IMG/VR virus record: IMGVR_UViG_3300026512_000003 | Coordinates: 32,001-96,000 of that record | Reading direction: 5' to 3' (one strand) | Source: a virus | DNA length: 64,000 nucleotides | In this document: positions 22,387 through 31,537 of the stretch, piece after piece | Layout of the letters: each line of letters opens with the position of its first letter | How positions within the stretch are numbered: position 1 is the stretch's first letter | Program-made: the position numbers and the translations under genes | The notes under the pieces: generated by a model | Told to the model about the DNA's origin: nothing | The model's database searches: none | What the model saw: only the letters and a program-made list of their open reading frames with translations

Positions 22387-23997
22387 ATGAAAACAAACCC
22401 TAGAGTTTCAAAATTTATGTTAGACTACGCTTTTATTGACGGAAGAAAGCTTGATTTTGAAAAATATGAAGCATTTAAGCTTCCTTACGAGGTTGATGAG
22501 AGGCAGGTTTTGCTTACAGCAGGAAGACAGGTTGGTAAGACAGTTTATCTAGCTGGAAAACTTGCTGTGAAATCTGTTTTAAAAAAAGGTTCGAGAGCGT
22601 TATATGTTGCACCATTGGAGTCTCAGACAAAGACCTTCTCAAAAACAAAACTTCAGAAAATAATAGATGATACAAAACAGTTAAAAGCAGCATATACTGG
22701 AAAAGGTACACAAAATGATGTGTTCTTTAAGCAAAACATTTTAGGAAGCTATATCGAGCTTACTTATGCTTCTGTCACAGGGATGGACCCTGTCAGGGTT
22801 AGGGGTAAGTCTGCAGATGATTTATTTATAGATGAAGCACAAGATATTGATTATGACATTTTGCCAGCAATACAAGAAGTTACAACATCTGCGGAAGACC
22901 CAACTGTGACATATGCCGGTACAGCAAAAAGCCTTGATAATACAACAGGAGTAATCTGGGATTTGTCTACAAAATTGGAAAGAATGGTTTATTGTAAACA
23001 TTGTGGACATTGGAATATTTTAGACAGAAGAAACATATCAAAAGAAGGTCTTGTCTGCAATAGAATGAAATGTCGAAGACCTATTTCTGTTAGGGATGCA
23101 AAATGGATGATTACGGGTGATAAGCACGCTACATATCAAGCTTTCAGAATACCTCAAATTTGTCTTCCAATGCATACTGAATCGAAAAGTCATTGGAATT
23201 CTGTATGGAACAAATATGTAGATTATCCTCCAGAGATTTTTAATCAAGAAATACTGGGAATTCCAAGTGGAGCAGGAGATAGACTCTTAAATCTTGAAAA
23301 ACTAAAAGCTCTTTGCACAGGTGGAAGAATGACAGTGTATCCAGATGAAGGTTTTTTCCAAAAATATCATGGTCTTTTCATGGGGATAGACTGGACAGGT
23401 GACGGAGTTCTTCTTAAATCAAGAACTGTTGCTACTGTGATTGGCCATAGAAAAGATGGAAAGCTTGAATTGGTATGGGGGAAAATCTTTCCACCAGGAA
23501 GCGTTAATGAGCAGCCTAAAGAGCTTATTAAAATTGCTAACCTTTTTAGATGCTCTGTTGTAGGAGCCGATGCTGGTATGGGTATGATGCAAAATGGGGA
23601 AATAACTCAAGCATTAGGAATAAGTAGGTTTAGAGCTATACAATATATTGCGGGGAATACTCCTTTTACTTTTGACTTTGAAAACAATACTATTAAATTG
23701 AACAAAACCCAAGCAATTGATACAGTTATGATGTTGTTCTTAAAAAAGTTTAAACCTAAAAATTTTGGGGGATCTGCAAGAAATTACTCTGGTCATGGGG
23801 TATTAGAGATTGTATTTCCAGAATATGATGATATGAGACTTTTTATACAAGATATCTTAGCTGAATTTGAACAGGAAACTGCAAAACACACTAAAATATG
23901 GACTCATAGCAACATGAAGCCCGACGATACTCTTCATGCAATAGTTTTTGGTTTTTATGCATATATGCATCATCGTAATACTGTGAGCTTTTACTAG
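22387..23997 (+). CDS. terL: terminase large subunit (lambda GpA-like, with Zn ribbon)
   Basis: Walker A AGRQVGKT, Walker B LFIDEAQD, coupling motif YAGT, CKHC...CNRMKC Zn ribbon, RNase H-like nuclease MGIDW and C-terminal PDDTLHA. Confidence 0.93.
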   Translation: MKTNPRVSKFMLDYAFIDGRKLDFEKYEAFKLPYEVDERQVLLTAGRQVGKTVYLAGKLAVKSVLKKGSRALYVAPLESQTKTFSKTKLQKIIDDTKQLKAAYTGKGTQNDVFFKQNILGSYIELTYASVTGMDPVRVRGKSADDLFIDEAQDIDYDILPAIQEVTTSAEDPTVTYAGTAKSLDNTTGVIWDLSTKLERMVYCKHCGHWNILDRRNISKEGLVCNRMKCRRPISVRDAKWMITGDKHATYQAFRIPQICLPMHTESKSHWNSVWNKYVDYPPEIFNQEILGIPSGAGDRLLNLEKLKALCTGGRMTVYPDEGFFQKYHGLFMGIDWTGDGVLLKSRTVATVIGHRKDGKLELVWGKIFPPGSVNEQPKELIKIANLFRCSVVGADAGMGMMQNGEITQALGISRFRAIQYIAGNTPFTFDFENNTIKLNKTQAIDTVMMLFLKKFKPKNFGGSARNYSGHGVLEIVFPEYDDMRLFIQDILAEFEQETAKHTKIWTHSNMKPDDTLHAIVFGFYAYMHHRNTVSFY

Positions 23998-24020
23998 GAA
24001 GGCAAAAACAGGGTTTTTTA

Positions 24021-24049
24021 TTGCTTTTGAGGATTTTTTATGATACTAT
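24021..24049 (+). promoter_or_regulatory. sigma70-type promoter for the capsid operon: TTGCTT-N17-TACTAT with extended -10 TG
   Basis: Read directly in the 84-nt intergenic gap; the same TTTATTGCTTTT -35 context occurs at 42279-42290 on the - strand. Confidence 0.65.
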
Positions 24050-24081
24050 TTGAATTGATAATAATCTAGACAGGAGAGAAG

Positions 24082-24384
24082 ATGACTAGTAGACAAGAGG
24101 TAGCATTATCGTTAAGACAAGCTGCAGCACAAATCAAAGATCTTTCACAAGTGAATGTAGAATTGGAAGCTAAAAATAAAGAGTTATTGATAAAAGTAGC
24201 TTCGATGGAAAATAAAGAAGATCAACCTGCATTGCAGAAAGAAGCAGGTAGTTTTTCATTCAATGAAAGATCTGGATTTGGTCAAGTTGATGAAGGGCTC
24301 CCCGTGATAGGGACAAACTTAACAGCTGAACAGCGATTAGAAATGATCTTGAATGGCGAAAGTCCTTCTGACTATTTAGATTAA
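24082..24384 (+). CDS. putative scaffold/head-assembly coiled-coil protein
   Basis: First gene of the capsid operon, heptad-like N-terminus, carries LIKVAS and LQKEAG motifs; AGGAG RBS. Confidence 0.5.
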   Translation: MTSRQEVALSLRQAAAQIKDLSQVNVELEAKNKELLIKVASMENKEDQPALQKEAGSFSFNERSGFGQVDEGLPVIGTNLTAEQRLEMILNGESPSDYLD

Positions 24385-24404
24385 TATAAAAATAAGGAGA
24401 ACCT

Positions 24405-24836
24405 ATGGGTTACGCAACAGATAAAGTATTTGGTAGAAGAGAAACGGTACATATTGTATCTCCAGATTTCTTAGCATTACCAAAAATGGAAATAGATTTA
24501 GGAGCAGACACAGTTATTAAAGCTGGTCAATTTGTAGGGGTTGATGGAAAGTTAGCTACATTAACTGACACAGCCAAAGCAGTGTATTTAGTAACAGAAG
24601 GATCTCACTACGAAGATATGCTTAAAAGACCTAAGCCTTCAAAAGTTATAGAAGGATTTTTTGGTGAAATGCTTGTTCATACAAAAGTATTTAACGAAGC
24701 TGGGACAGTTTTTGCAATAGGTGACAAAATTTCAGTAGCAGAGGGAGTAATTGTGCATAAAAATGACACAAACACCATAGCTATTGGCGAAGTAGTTAAA
24801 AGAGGCGATGATTGGATCGCGGTAGTTTTAGGTTAG
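24405..24836 (+). CDS. putative capsid decoration/cement protein
   Basis: 143 aa, beta-rich (IKAGQFVG, FAIGDKISV...AIGEVV), immediately upstream of the major capsid gene, as expected for beta-tulip decoration proteins. Confidence 0.6.
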   Translation: MGYATDKVFGRRETVHIVSPDFLALPKMEIDLGADTVIKAGQFVGVDGKLATLTDTAKAVYLVTEGSHYEDMLKRPKPSKVIEGFFGEMLVHTKVFNEAGTVFAIGDKISVAEGVIVHKNDTNTIAIGEVVKRGDDWIAVVLG

Positions 24837-24848
24837 TAAGGAGTAAAT

Positions 24849-25826
24849 ATGCAACCAGCAGTATCAACAACAGTTAGTTCAAACCAATTTGTTTCAAGAT
24901 TATTCGATGACGAAGGTTTTGTAAAAGAAGCAGCAGATGCTCTATCACTTTTTATCCAAGATAAAATTCGTGAAAAAGGATTTGCTCGTAAAATAGTTAA
25001 ACCTACTCCTGTTTCAGCAAAAGATTTAGTGCCTACAGAGCATACTGATCAACCTGCAATCATGGTAGAAAGAGATGTGGATGCTCGTGCAATGACAGTT
25101 CCTCTTCGTGGTCGTGGTGAATTCAGATATCATGAAACAGACAGATATATGGTTTATTTTGAAAAAGTTGTTTCTGAAAAAATTAGAAAATCAAAAATGG
25201 AAATGATGACAGTTAAAACTGATTATAAAAAACTTTTCCAAGATAGAATTTCTGAAGCAATGTACGAAGTAGAAGACTTAACAGTTATGGGTGGTGTAAA
25301 AAGTGCTCTTGCTAATGAGGAAGCTGCATATAAAGAAGCAAATGGTGGTGATTTAGCTTCTCAAGGAAATAAAACTTTCTCAGCTCAGACAGTTTACTTT
25401 GGAGAAGGTGAAACATTAGACAAATCGAATCTAGTATTCCTATTCCAACTTCCAACAAGAAATAGAATTAGTAATAAAACAGTTCTATTAACAGAAACAC
25501 TTCTACAAGAGTTAATGCATATGACTATGCAAGAAGTCGGTGATAGTGTTGTTTCTAAATTCTGGCAAGATGGTGTTGATAATATTTCAGAGTTCTGGAA
25601 TAAACAAGTAGTAACAACAATTAAATCACACATCATTAAAAATAATGAAATCTACACATTTGCTTCTCCAGAGATGTATGGACATTTCTTTATCTTACAA
25701 GACCACACTTCGTATTTCGAAATTGATCGAGACATGATGACTATGGATAGTGAAGCATATATTGCTCATGCAATTGGAAACACTAAAGGTGTTTACAAAG
25801 GTGTGTTTACAGATATCGCTGAATAG
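24849..25826 (+). CDS. major capsid protein (HK97 fold, encapsulin/phage G-like type)
   Basis: Position after terL, scaffold and decoration genes; IQDKIREKGFARKI...YFEKVVSEKI...DRISEAMYEVED pattern recalls short HK97-fold capsids; highly-expressed codon bias; strong AAGGAG RBS. Confidence 0.8.
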   Translation: MQPAVSTTVSSNQFVSRLFDDEGFVKEAADALSLFIQDKIREKGFARKIVKPTPVSAKDLVPTEHTDQPAIMVERDVDARAMTVPLRGRGEFRYHETDRYMVYFEKVVSEKIRKSKMEMMTVKTDYKKLFQDRISEAMYEVEDLTVMGGVKSALANEEAAYKEANGGDLASQGNKTFSAQTVYFGEGETLDKSNLVFLFQLPTRNRISNKTVLLTETLLQELMHMTMQEVGDSVVSKFWQDGVDNISEFWNKQVVTTIKSHIIKNNEIYTFASPEMYGHFFILQDHTSYFEIDRDMMTMDSEAYIAHAIGNTKGVYKGVFTDIAE

Positions 25827-25839
25827 TAGGAGGTAACAC

Positions 25840-26112
25840 ATGCTGCCTTTTTTCAACATTGAGAATCGTACGAAGCAGAACATAGCAATCGGCACCGTGA
25901 TCATTCACGGTGGTGAAATAAAGTCTATTAGTAGCAGCTTATATTACAGAAAACATTCTTATGTGGAAAGAATGATAAAAGAAGGAAGACTTGCATTGGC
26001 TGGTCAATCTGAAAAGAAAGAGCCTTTGGAGCCAAAGACAAAAGGTTTTGCTCCCGTTCAACCCACAATAAAAGGGTATGTTTTAGTAGAAAAGCTAAAC
26101 AAAGACTCATAA
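25840..26112 (+). CDS. small head-associated hypothetical protein (90 aa)
   Basis: AGGAGGT RBS; last gene before a terminator. Confidence 0.6.
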   Translation: MLPFFNIENRTKQNIAIGTVIIHGGEIKSISSSLYYRKHSYVERMIKEGRLALAGQSEKKEPLEPKTKGFAPVQPTIKGYVLVEKLNKDS

Positions 26113-26114
26113 AA

Positions 26115-26146
26115 GAAAAAAAGGGGTAAGTATTCCCCTTCTTTTC
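26115..26146 (+). terminator. intrinsic terminator ending the capsid operon
   Basis: AAGGGG-taagtatt-CCCCTT stem (26121-26140) followed by CTTTTC and preceded by an A-run. Confidence 0.65.
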
Positions 26147-26184
26147 ACAGTATTAAGTAAAAATTTTTTTTAAGGATGTTTAAA

Positions 26185-26292
26185 ATGCCAGAAGAACTCG
26201 CCATAGTTATCAAAGAAGAAGTAAAAAAACAAGTGCTAATGTTTCTGTTGACTCATTATTTAAAAAGACTTGCGGAGGGCCAGAGATGTTAA
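26185..26292 (+). CDS. possible unlisted 35-aa ORF (MPEELAIVIKEEVKKQVLMFLLTHYLKRLAEGQRC)
   Basis: AAGGA upstream; open frame whose stop overlaps the start of 26286; below the ORF-track cutoff. Confidence 0.35.
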   Translation: MPEELAIVIKEEVKKQVLMFLLTHYLKRLAEGQRC

Positions 26293-27260
26293 TAGATATT
26301 GTAAATGATTTAGGGCAAAAAGTTTTAATGGAAAAAGTTGCTAGTTCTGAAGATGTAAAAGGAAGATTGGCTCGTATTTCTAATTTAACTATTCCAGAGC
26401 GAGATTCTTTAACTAAAGAGGCTTTTGCGTGGCCAGAGGAAAAGCTGTTTCCTATTCATACACCTGAACAAGCATTAGTAAGTAGTGCTTACCTATCTTC
26501 TAATCCTGATGTGCCAAGCTTCGTTAAAACAGCTTGTGAAGAAGCGTGCCAACTATGGGGATATGATGTAACAATAGAACCTTTTATAAAAGAAGCTGCT
26601 GCAAAAGAAGTTCCTGAAGATATTTTTCTGCTTCCAATACAAAGAAAATTGCCTGTGGTAGACAGAGAAAGTTTTATTCGCTCAAAAGGTATTCTAGAGA
26701 AACATGCAAGCGACCTAAGTATAGGTGATACTGTTCTTGCATATAGACAACTTACAAAAAGAGCTTCTGCATTAGGAGAGACTGTCAATGAAAAAGAATC
26801 CATTTTAGGTCTTTATGGTGGAATAAAAAAAGACAGTGCTTGTGAGCAACTTAGGCTAAGGTCTTTAGAAACTGGTGATGAGAGATATGAAAAAATTGCA
26901 AGCAGTATTCAGTTAAACTTACTTACGAACCCTACTGATATTTCAAATTTTATTTTTGATGTTTCTGAAATAGATGAAGATAATAATTTCGTAAAAACTG
27001 CGTCAGAAACAATTCTTGATTTTATTGATCCAACTATACCACAAGAAGATGTATTTACTGTAGGCGATAAGTGCTTTTCTCTTGAAAAAGTTGCTAGTCT
27101 TCAGCCGAATGATTTAATAGAAATATTCAGTGAGACAGATCTTGAAAGTTTGTATCTTACTGGTAATTTGGATATAATGTCTTTACAAAAATTTGCTGAA
27201 GAGTCTCCTTCAGAAGTGCAAGAGCTTCTAGGTGATTTTATTCAAGAAAAAATACAATAG
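26286..27260 (+). CDS. putative prohead core/scaffold-like protein with ten K-x-A motifs
   Basis: MEKVAS, LTKEAF, FVKTAC, FIKEAA, LEKHAS, LTKRAS, YEKIAS, FVKTAS, LEKVAS, LQKFAE; GGAGG RBS. Confidence 0.55.
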   Translation: MLIDIVNDLGQKVLMEKVASSEDVKGRLARISNLTIPERDSLTKEAFAWPEEKLFPIHTPEQALVSSAYLSSNPDVPSFVKTACEEACQLWGYDVTIEPFIKEAAAKEVPEDIFLLPIQRKLPVVDRESFIRSKGILEKHASDLSIGDTVLAYRQLTKRASALGETVNEKESILGLYGGIKKDSACEQLRLRSLETGDERYEKIASSIQLNLLTNPTDISNFIFDVSEIDEDNNFVKTASETILDFIDPTIPQEDVFTVGDKCFSLEKVASLQPNDLIEIFSETDLESLYLTGNLDIMSLQKFAEESPSEVQELLGDFIQEKIQ

Positions 27261-27269
27261 GAGTTTATC

Positions 27270-27533
27270 ATGTCAGTAATGATGGATTATAGATCGGGTC
27301 AGCAACATTCAATTTCTCCATTCTATGGAGCTGGAACAGCACATATGATTGATGTCATTCATAGGAATGAAGGTAAGGTGATTAGTGCTCAAGGATTGGT
27401 GGAAGATATTTCATCAGTAGATAATGAAAACGACGGTAATAAAATAGTTAGAAGTGCATCTGTTCAAGGAATTAGTGGGTACACTAAATACCAAGGAAGT
27501 GTAGAGATGGTAGAAATACCTCTTGAAAACTAA
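27270..27533 (+). CDS. small hypothetical protein (87 aa)
   Basis: AGGAG RBS, in operon. Confidence 0.6.
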   Translation: MSVMMDYRSGQQHSISPFYGAGTAHMIDVIHRNEGKVISAQGLVEDISSVDNENDGNKIVRSASVQGISGYTKYQGSVEMVEIPLEN

Positions 27534-27547
27534 TAAAGGAATGAAAA

Positions 27548-27859
27548 ATGGCAACTGTACCATCAAATGAACCAGCATTAAATACAGAAGGTTTTTCATC
27601 TGTATCTGGAGCAATCACATTACAAAAACAAATTCAAGCAGTTAGAAAAGCAGATCCTATTTTTGCGATAGGCGATGAGAACCTAAAGGGTTATGTTGCT
27701 TTAAAAATGTATGATCAAACAACAGCATCTGTTATTAACTCGGAAGATCTTGACCCAACAGACTTCGACTTATTTAGAGGAGAAAGTTACGCAAGTGGCC
27801 AACCATATGTAACAAACGAGGCAACTTGGGCTAGTGGTGGAGACCTTGCAGACTTATAA
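27548..27859 (+). CDS. small acidic hypothetical protein (103 aa)
   Basis: AAGGA RBS, in operon. Confidence 0.6.
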   Translation: MATVPSNEPALNTEGFSSVSGAITLQKQIQAVRKADPIFAIGDENLKGYVALKMYDQTTASVINSEDLDPTDFDLFRGESYASGQPYVTNEATWASGGDLADL

Positions 27860-28454
27860 TAGCGATGGCACTATAGAACACTTTAAGAAAAAATTCTCTT
27901 CTTCTTTACCACCCTCTGAGCTTGAATATCTTTTGTTCAAGGGGTTTAATAATGCAAAAGCTACTTTTGACGCTTCAAAAGGGGCAGGATTTGCAACCCA
28001 TTTATCTAATCATTTACAAAGACTTTACAGGGACGCAGAGTCAACAAAAAGCTCATTAAAGACAAGCGAGGGTTCTTTATTAAAAGACAATAAAGTTCTC
28101 CGTGCGAAAGATGAACTATATATGCGTTTTGGGACTGAGCCTTCAAATGAAGAAATCGCTAAACATTTAAAAATGCCTCTGAAGGACATTTCAAAGTCAC
28201 TACGAAATTCAGGAAGACAAAATGTTAAAGTTAAAGAGTATAAAAGCAAGCAAATACAAATAGATGTACCTACTCTTTTACCTTCAATTAAAAAAGATGA
28301 GCAAAAAATAGCAGATACAATTGCTAAAGGCATGAACCTGCAGCAAAGTCTTAAGCATACAGGTATGTCTAAGAGTGAGTTTTATCGACAGCAAGGCACA
28401 TTTAAAGATAAGCTTAGGCAATCATACTTACGAACAGCCGAAAGGGAGAGTTAA
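27834..28454 (+). CDS. phage sigma70-family (sigma28/SigF-like) RNA polymerase sigma factor
   Basis: Region 2 FDASKGAGFATHL (cf. FDPSKG.KFSTYA), region 3 GTEPSNEEIAKHL, region 4-like HTH GMNLQQSLKHTGMSKSEFYR. GTG start position uncertain. Confidence 0.8.
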   Translation: MVETLQTYNSDGTIEHFKKKFSSSLPPSELEYLLFKGFNNAKATFDASKGAGFATHLSNHLQRLYRDAESTKSSLKTSEGSLLKDNKVLRAKDELYMRFGTEPSNEEIAKHLKMPLKDISKSLRNSGRQNVKVKEYKSKQIQIDVPTLLPSIKKDEQKIADTIAKGMNLQQSLKHTGMSKSEFYRQQGTFKDKLRQSYLRTAERES

Positions 28455-28913
28455 ATGATAGCAAAAGTTTTTGCCAATCCCAACTTCGGGTCAATAAAAT
28501 TACAAGAACAAGAGGATATCCTTGTTAGAATTAATGAATACTTTTATTCTATAGAAGAACTTTTTCTCTCAATCAAGAATCAGATTACATCAAAAGGATT
28601 TGTTATGGCACAAATAGAGTTAGAGCAGGCTTCAAGTTATCATGATATAATGGAAGTGTCCGAAAGAAACATAGTAAAAATTAATACTTTTTTGCAAAAT
28701 TTAGATGCAACACTTCAGGATAACTATCTTTTATCAAAAGAAATACTTCAGACAACCAAAGTTGATTATGTTAATGGTATGGGAATAGGCTCTATTTCTG
28801 TGTCAGAAAAAACTATTACTATTAATCCCAATGCAAACACGGTAGTTGTACTAAATGAAGATGGAATAACTATCGACAAAGATGGGGTAACAAAAGAAGT
28901 TTCCTATGATTAA
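28455..28913 (+). CDS. hypothetical protein (152 aa)
   Basis: GGGAG RBS; C-terminal short beta repeats (ISVSEKTITI, VVLNEDGITI). Confidence 0.6.
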   Translation: MIAKVFANPNFGSIKLQEQEDILVRINEYFYSIEELFLSIKNQITSKGFVMAQIELEQASSYHDIMEVSERNIVKINTFLQNLDATLQDNYLLSKEILQTTKVDYVNGMGIGSISVSEKTITINPNANTVVVLNEDGITIDKDGVTKEVSYD

Positions 28914-29667
28914 AATTGGTGTAAAAAAATTAACGAATTCCAGTTTTGAAGTTGTTCTAAAAGAAGATTTTGATTATTCGGAAGTGAAAATTTATCTCAA
29001 AGTGAAGGAATTTGAAGATTTTATTCCATTTGGAAGATGTAAAACAAATGGAGAACATGAAGCTGGGTTATCATTAAAAGATGGTGTTTTTAAAATTAAT
29101 GTCACTAGTTTAATTTTTGAAGACATCTATGATAAAGTGTTTTATTTTGCCTTCTTTGATGATAGTGGTGATTTAATAGACGCTAGCGAGCATTTTAAGG
29201 TGTTTCCTGAGGTTAATAAGGCACTCAAAGGTGTTTCCAATAAACTTAGACATGATTTTGAAATATCATCTAAGTTTTCAGGTGTATTTCTTCAGCTGTA
29301 TATTCCTAATCTATTAGAAGCAAAATGTGCTAAGTGTTGGGATTATGAGTTGGAGCAAAAAATATCTTCAAAATGTGATTGCCAAGGAGAAAGATACTTT
29401 AAAGTTCCTTTCTTATCTAAAAAGACAAAAACTCAAACATCTCAGGTATTCGAAAAAAGTGGTCAAGTAACTAGAGAGGTTGTACTATTTCAGACTTATG
29501 CTAGACTTGATTTCACAAAAGGTCTTTTTATCAAAGATCCAACCAATGGTGAATATTTTGAAATACAAGACAGAACAGTTGCAAATATTGGTGGGAACAG
29601 AACCTCAACAGTTCTTCAGTTAACTACTCTAAATGCAAATGACATCAGAATAGCTAACTTAATTTAA
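28906..29667 (+). CDS. putative neck/head-closure protein with Zn finger
   Basis: CAKCWD...KCDCQG followed by a beta-barrel-like segment (FIKDPTNGEYFEIQDR) typical of head-tail joining proteins. Confidence 0.5.
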   Translation: MIKIGVKKLTNSSFEVVLKEDFDYSEVKIYLKVKEFEDFIPFGRCKTNGEHEAGLSLKDGVFKINVTSLIFEDIYDKVFYFAFFDDSGDLIDASEHFKVFPEVNKALKGVSNKLRHDFEISSKFSGVFLQLYIPNLLEAKCAKCWDYELEQKISSKCDCQGERYFKVPFLSKKTKTQTSQVFEKSGQVTREVVLFQTYARLDFTKGLFIKDPTNGEYFEIQDRTVANIGGNRTSTVLQLTTLNANDIRIANLI

Positions 29668-31287
29668 AATCATTTCAACAACCTTAGCTGTGTTTTTTTG
29701 ATTTGATAATGAAGATTTACAACCTTCCATCGTAGTGTAACTTGATGCTATGTGGTTAAGAACAAAAGAAATAATTCTACATAGGTATAAATCAGGCTGG
29801 CGTTTCTTTAATAATCGTACAGTATTTTTACTACTCTTTGTTAAGTTATGCTCCATATTCTTAAAAATAGACTTTGAGTTTATAAAGAGGATTTTGTTCT
29901 CAACAAATACAAAGTATTGAACAATGTTAAAAAAAGCATCTTGTGTAATACTTGTGTTATCACTAACATGAGAAATACATAGCTGATACTCTATTTTAAA
30001 AATAGTGCATACTATACAAGAAATTATCTCAGATAACAGTTTTTTTTCAGGTGCTTTAAGAATAGTAGAAAGTACCTTTATGCGGCTACTATTACCTACC
30101 GGCTTCTTTCTAAATTTTTTATTGATTAGCTCTTGACTGAATCTAGAGTTAGTGCCATCGCTTAAGTGAATACAGTTATGAGTGAAGTCAAACTCAAAAG
30201 AACCTGAGTGTCCACTAAATATATTGGATAATTTAGTAGATGCAATCTGAGCAATTTTTTTATCACATATTTTAAGGGGAGAGTTGCGAAATAATTTTCT
30301 AAAAAAAGAATTTTTTTTGAGTTTACGGGCTGCATTTCTCGAGGTAATCGTTCTATTGTTATTTAACTTATCAAACACTTTTCCGTCAGAGAAAGCATAT
30401 AGGCTTAGAATCGCATTTTTTTCTTTGTCAGGGATATGAATGTGTTCTAATTCATCAGGAGATACATAGCTTAGTAATTCTACGGGAATATTAGTAGGAT
30501 GTATAGTTGCTTCTTTTATGAAATTTCGTAATGTAGAGATACTTAAGAATTCTCTGTTCTTGTACAATAATTCAGATAAAGGAATATCATTAAAGTGAGT
30601 GTCTATATATTGTGCAAGTTCGTTACAAAGAATAATTTTTCTGAGTATACTAACAGTAATACTCTTTGAAAAGATTATTTGCTTCGCAAAGGTTGATGAT
30701 AATTCAAAATACAATGTTTCTATAGAACCAACAAAAATAATATTCTCCCTTTTTGAGGAAGTCGCTTTTACGCTCTTTTGTATGTGTAAAGCTTTTTCTT
30801 TCGGATTAAACCTAAAAGGTCTTGCTTTGTACCCGCTCATTAGAAGAATTTCGGATGATTTTCCGTTTGTAACGGAAGCAAAACCTATTGGCAACCCTTC
30901 GTAATTATGCATTATTATATATGTGGTGTTCTTTCTGAAAACACCATTATTTAGAAATTCTACAGAAAATGTTTTTGTCGAAAAATAGACATCTTTTTCT
31001 ATTTTTTTCAAAGAGTTGTCATATATAAGAGTCCCTATTAACTCATTCCAATTGTAATGTTTAGCATTTGGGATAGAACATTTTAGGTACTTATGTCGCA
31101 TAGAATTAAAAATTCTTTTTTCTTGAAGAAGGTCCTCGAAGGCAAATCTAATTCCTTTGAAGTCAAGCAAAGATCTTAAATTATCTGTCTTAAATCCTTC
31201 TTCGGTTTCAAAAACTCCATTCCTGTATACAACTGTAATGTCAAAGAAATCAGTAATCAAAGAAACTTCTGTTTGAGTGAATAACAT
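29659..31287 (-). CDS. hypothetical basic protein (about 542 aa)
   Basis: ORF 29659..31365. The ATG at 31287 (MLFTQ...) has an AAGGA RBS and follows the upstream stop, so the start is re-called. Converges on the + strand block with a 9-nt overlap. Confidence 0.65.
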   Translation of the reverse strand: MLFTQTEVSLITDFFDITVVYRNGVFETEEGFKTDNLRSLLDFKGIRFAFEDLLQEKRIFNSMRHKYLKCSIPNAKHYNWNELIGTLIYDNSLKKIEKDVYFSTKTFSVEFLNNGVFRKNTTYIIMHNYEGLPIGFASVTNGKSSEILLMSGYKARPFRFNPKEKALHIQKSVKATSSKRENIIFVGSIETLYFELSSTFAKQIIFSKSITVSILRKIILCNELAQYIDTHFNDIPLSELLYKNREFLSISTLRNFIKEATIHPTNIPVELLSYVSPDELEHIHIPDKEKNAILSLYAFSDGKVFDKLNNNRTITSRNAARKLKKNSFFRKLFRNSPLKICDKKIAQIASTKLSNIFSGHSGSFEFDFTHNCIHLSDGTNSRFSQELINKKFRKKPVGNSSRIKVLSTILKAPEKKLLSEIISCIVCTIFKIEYQLCISHVSDNTSITQDAFFNIVQYFVFVENKILFINSKSIFKNMEHNLTKSSKNTVRLLKKRQPDLYLCRIISFVLNHIASSYTTMEGCKSSLSNQKNTAKVVEMILN

Positions 31288-31288
31288 T

Positions 31289-31534
31289 CTATAATCCTTG
31301 TTGAAGTTTATCAACCATGTCCATAACATCTCTAGAGTCAGACTTATTAACAGCAAGTAGTCCACCTTTTATCAAAGCTAAAGCAGAGTATATTTTATCT
31401 TCTTTTGCTTTTCTAAACCGTGCTACTAATAAATTATTGTAGCAAGAGGATTGAAAACTATCGGCTGGTGGTGTCACTAAACTATCAATATATTTATAGC
31501 CCCAAATAGCTACTGCTGGGGCTGTTCTAGCAAA
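31289..31534 (-). CDS. frameshift extension (gpT-like part) of the tail assembly chaperone
   Basis: The -1 frame is open from the slippery site through ORF 31289..31477: FARTAPAVAIWGYKYIDSLVTPPADSF...KLQQGL. Confidence 0.7.
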   Translation of the reverse strand, partial: FARTAPAVAIWGYKYIDSLVTPPADSFQSSCYNNLLVARFRKAKEDKIYSALALIKGGLLAVNKSDSRDVMDMVDKLQQGL

Positions 31535-31537
31535 AAA
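31498..31537 (-). promoter_or_regulatory. -1 programmed ribosomal frameshift signal
   Basis: Slippery heptamer T TTT TTG (31537-31531), 7-nt spacer, hairpin AGCCCCA...TGGGGCT (31523-31498). Confidence 0.75.

Noticed and set aside
31289-31477. Independent 62-aa gene starting at GTG
   Set aside because: No convincing RBS; better explained as the -1 frameshift extension of the chaperone.
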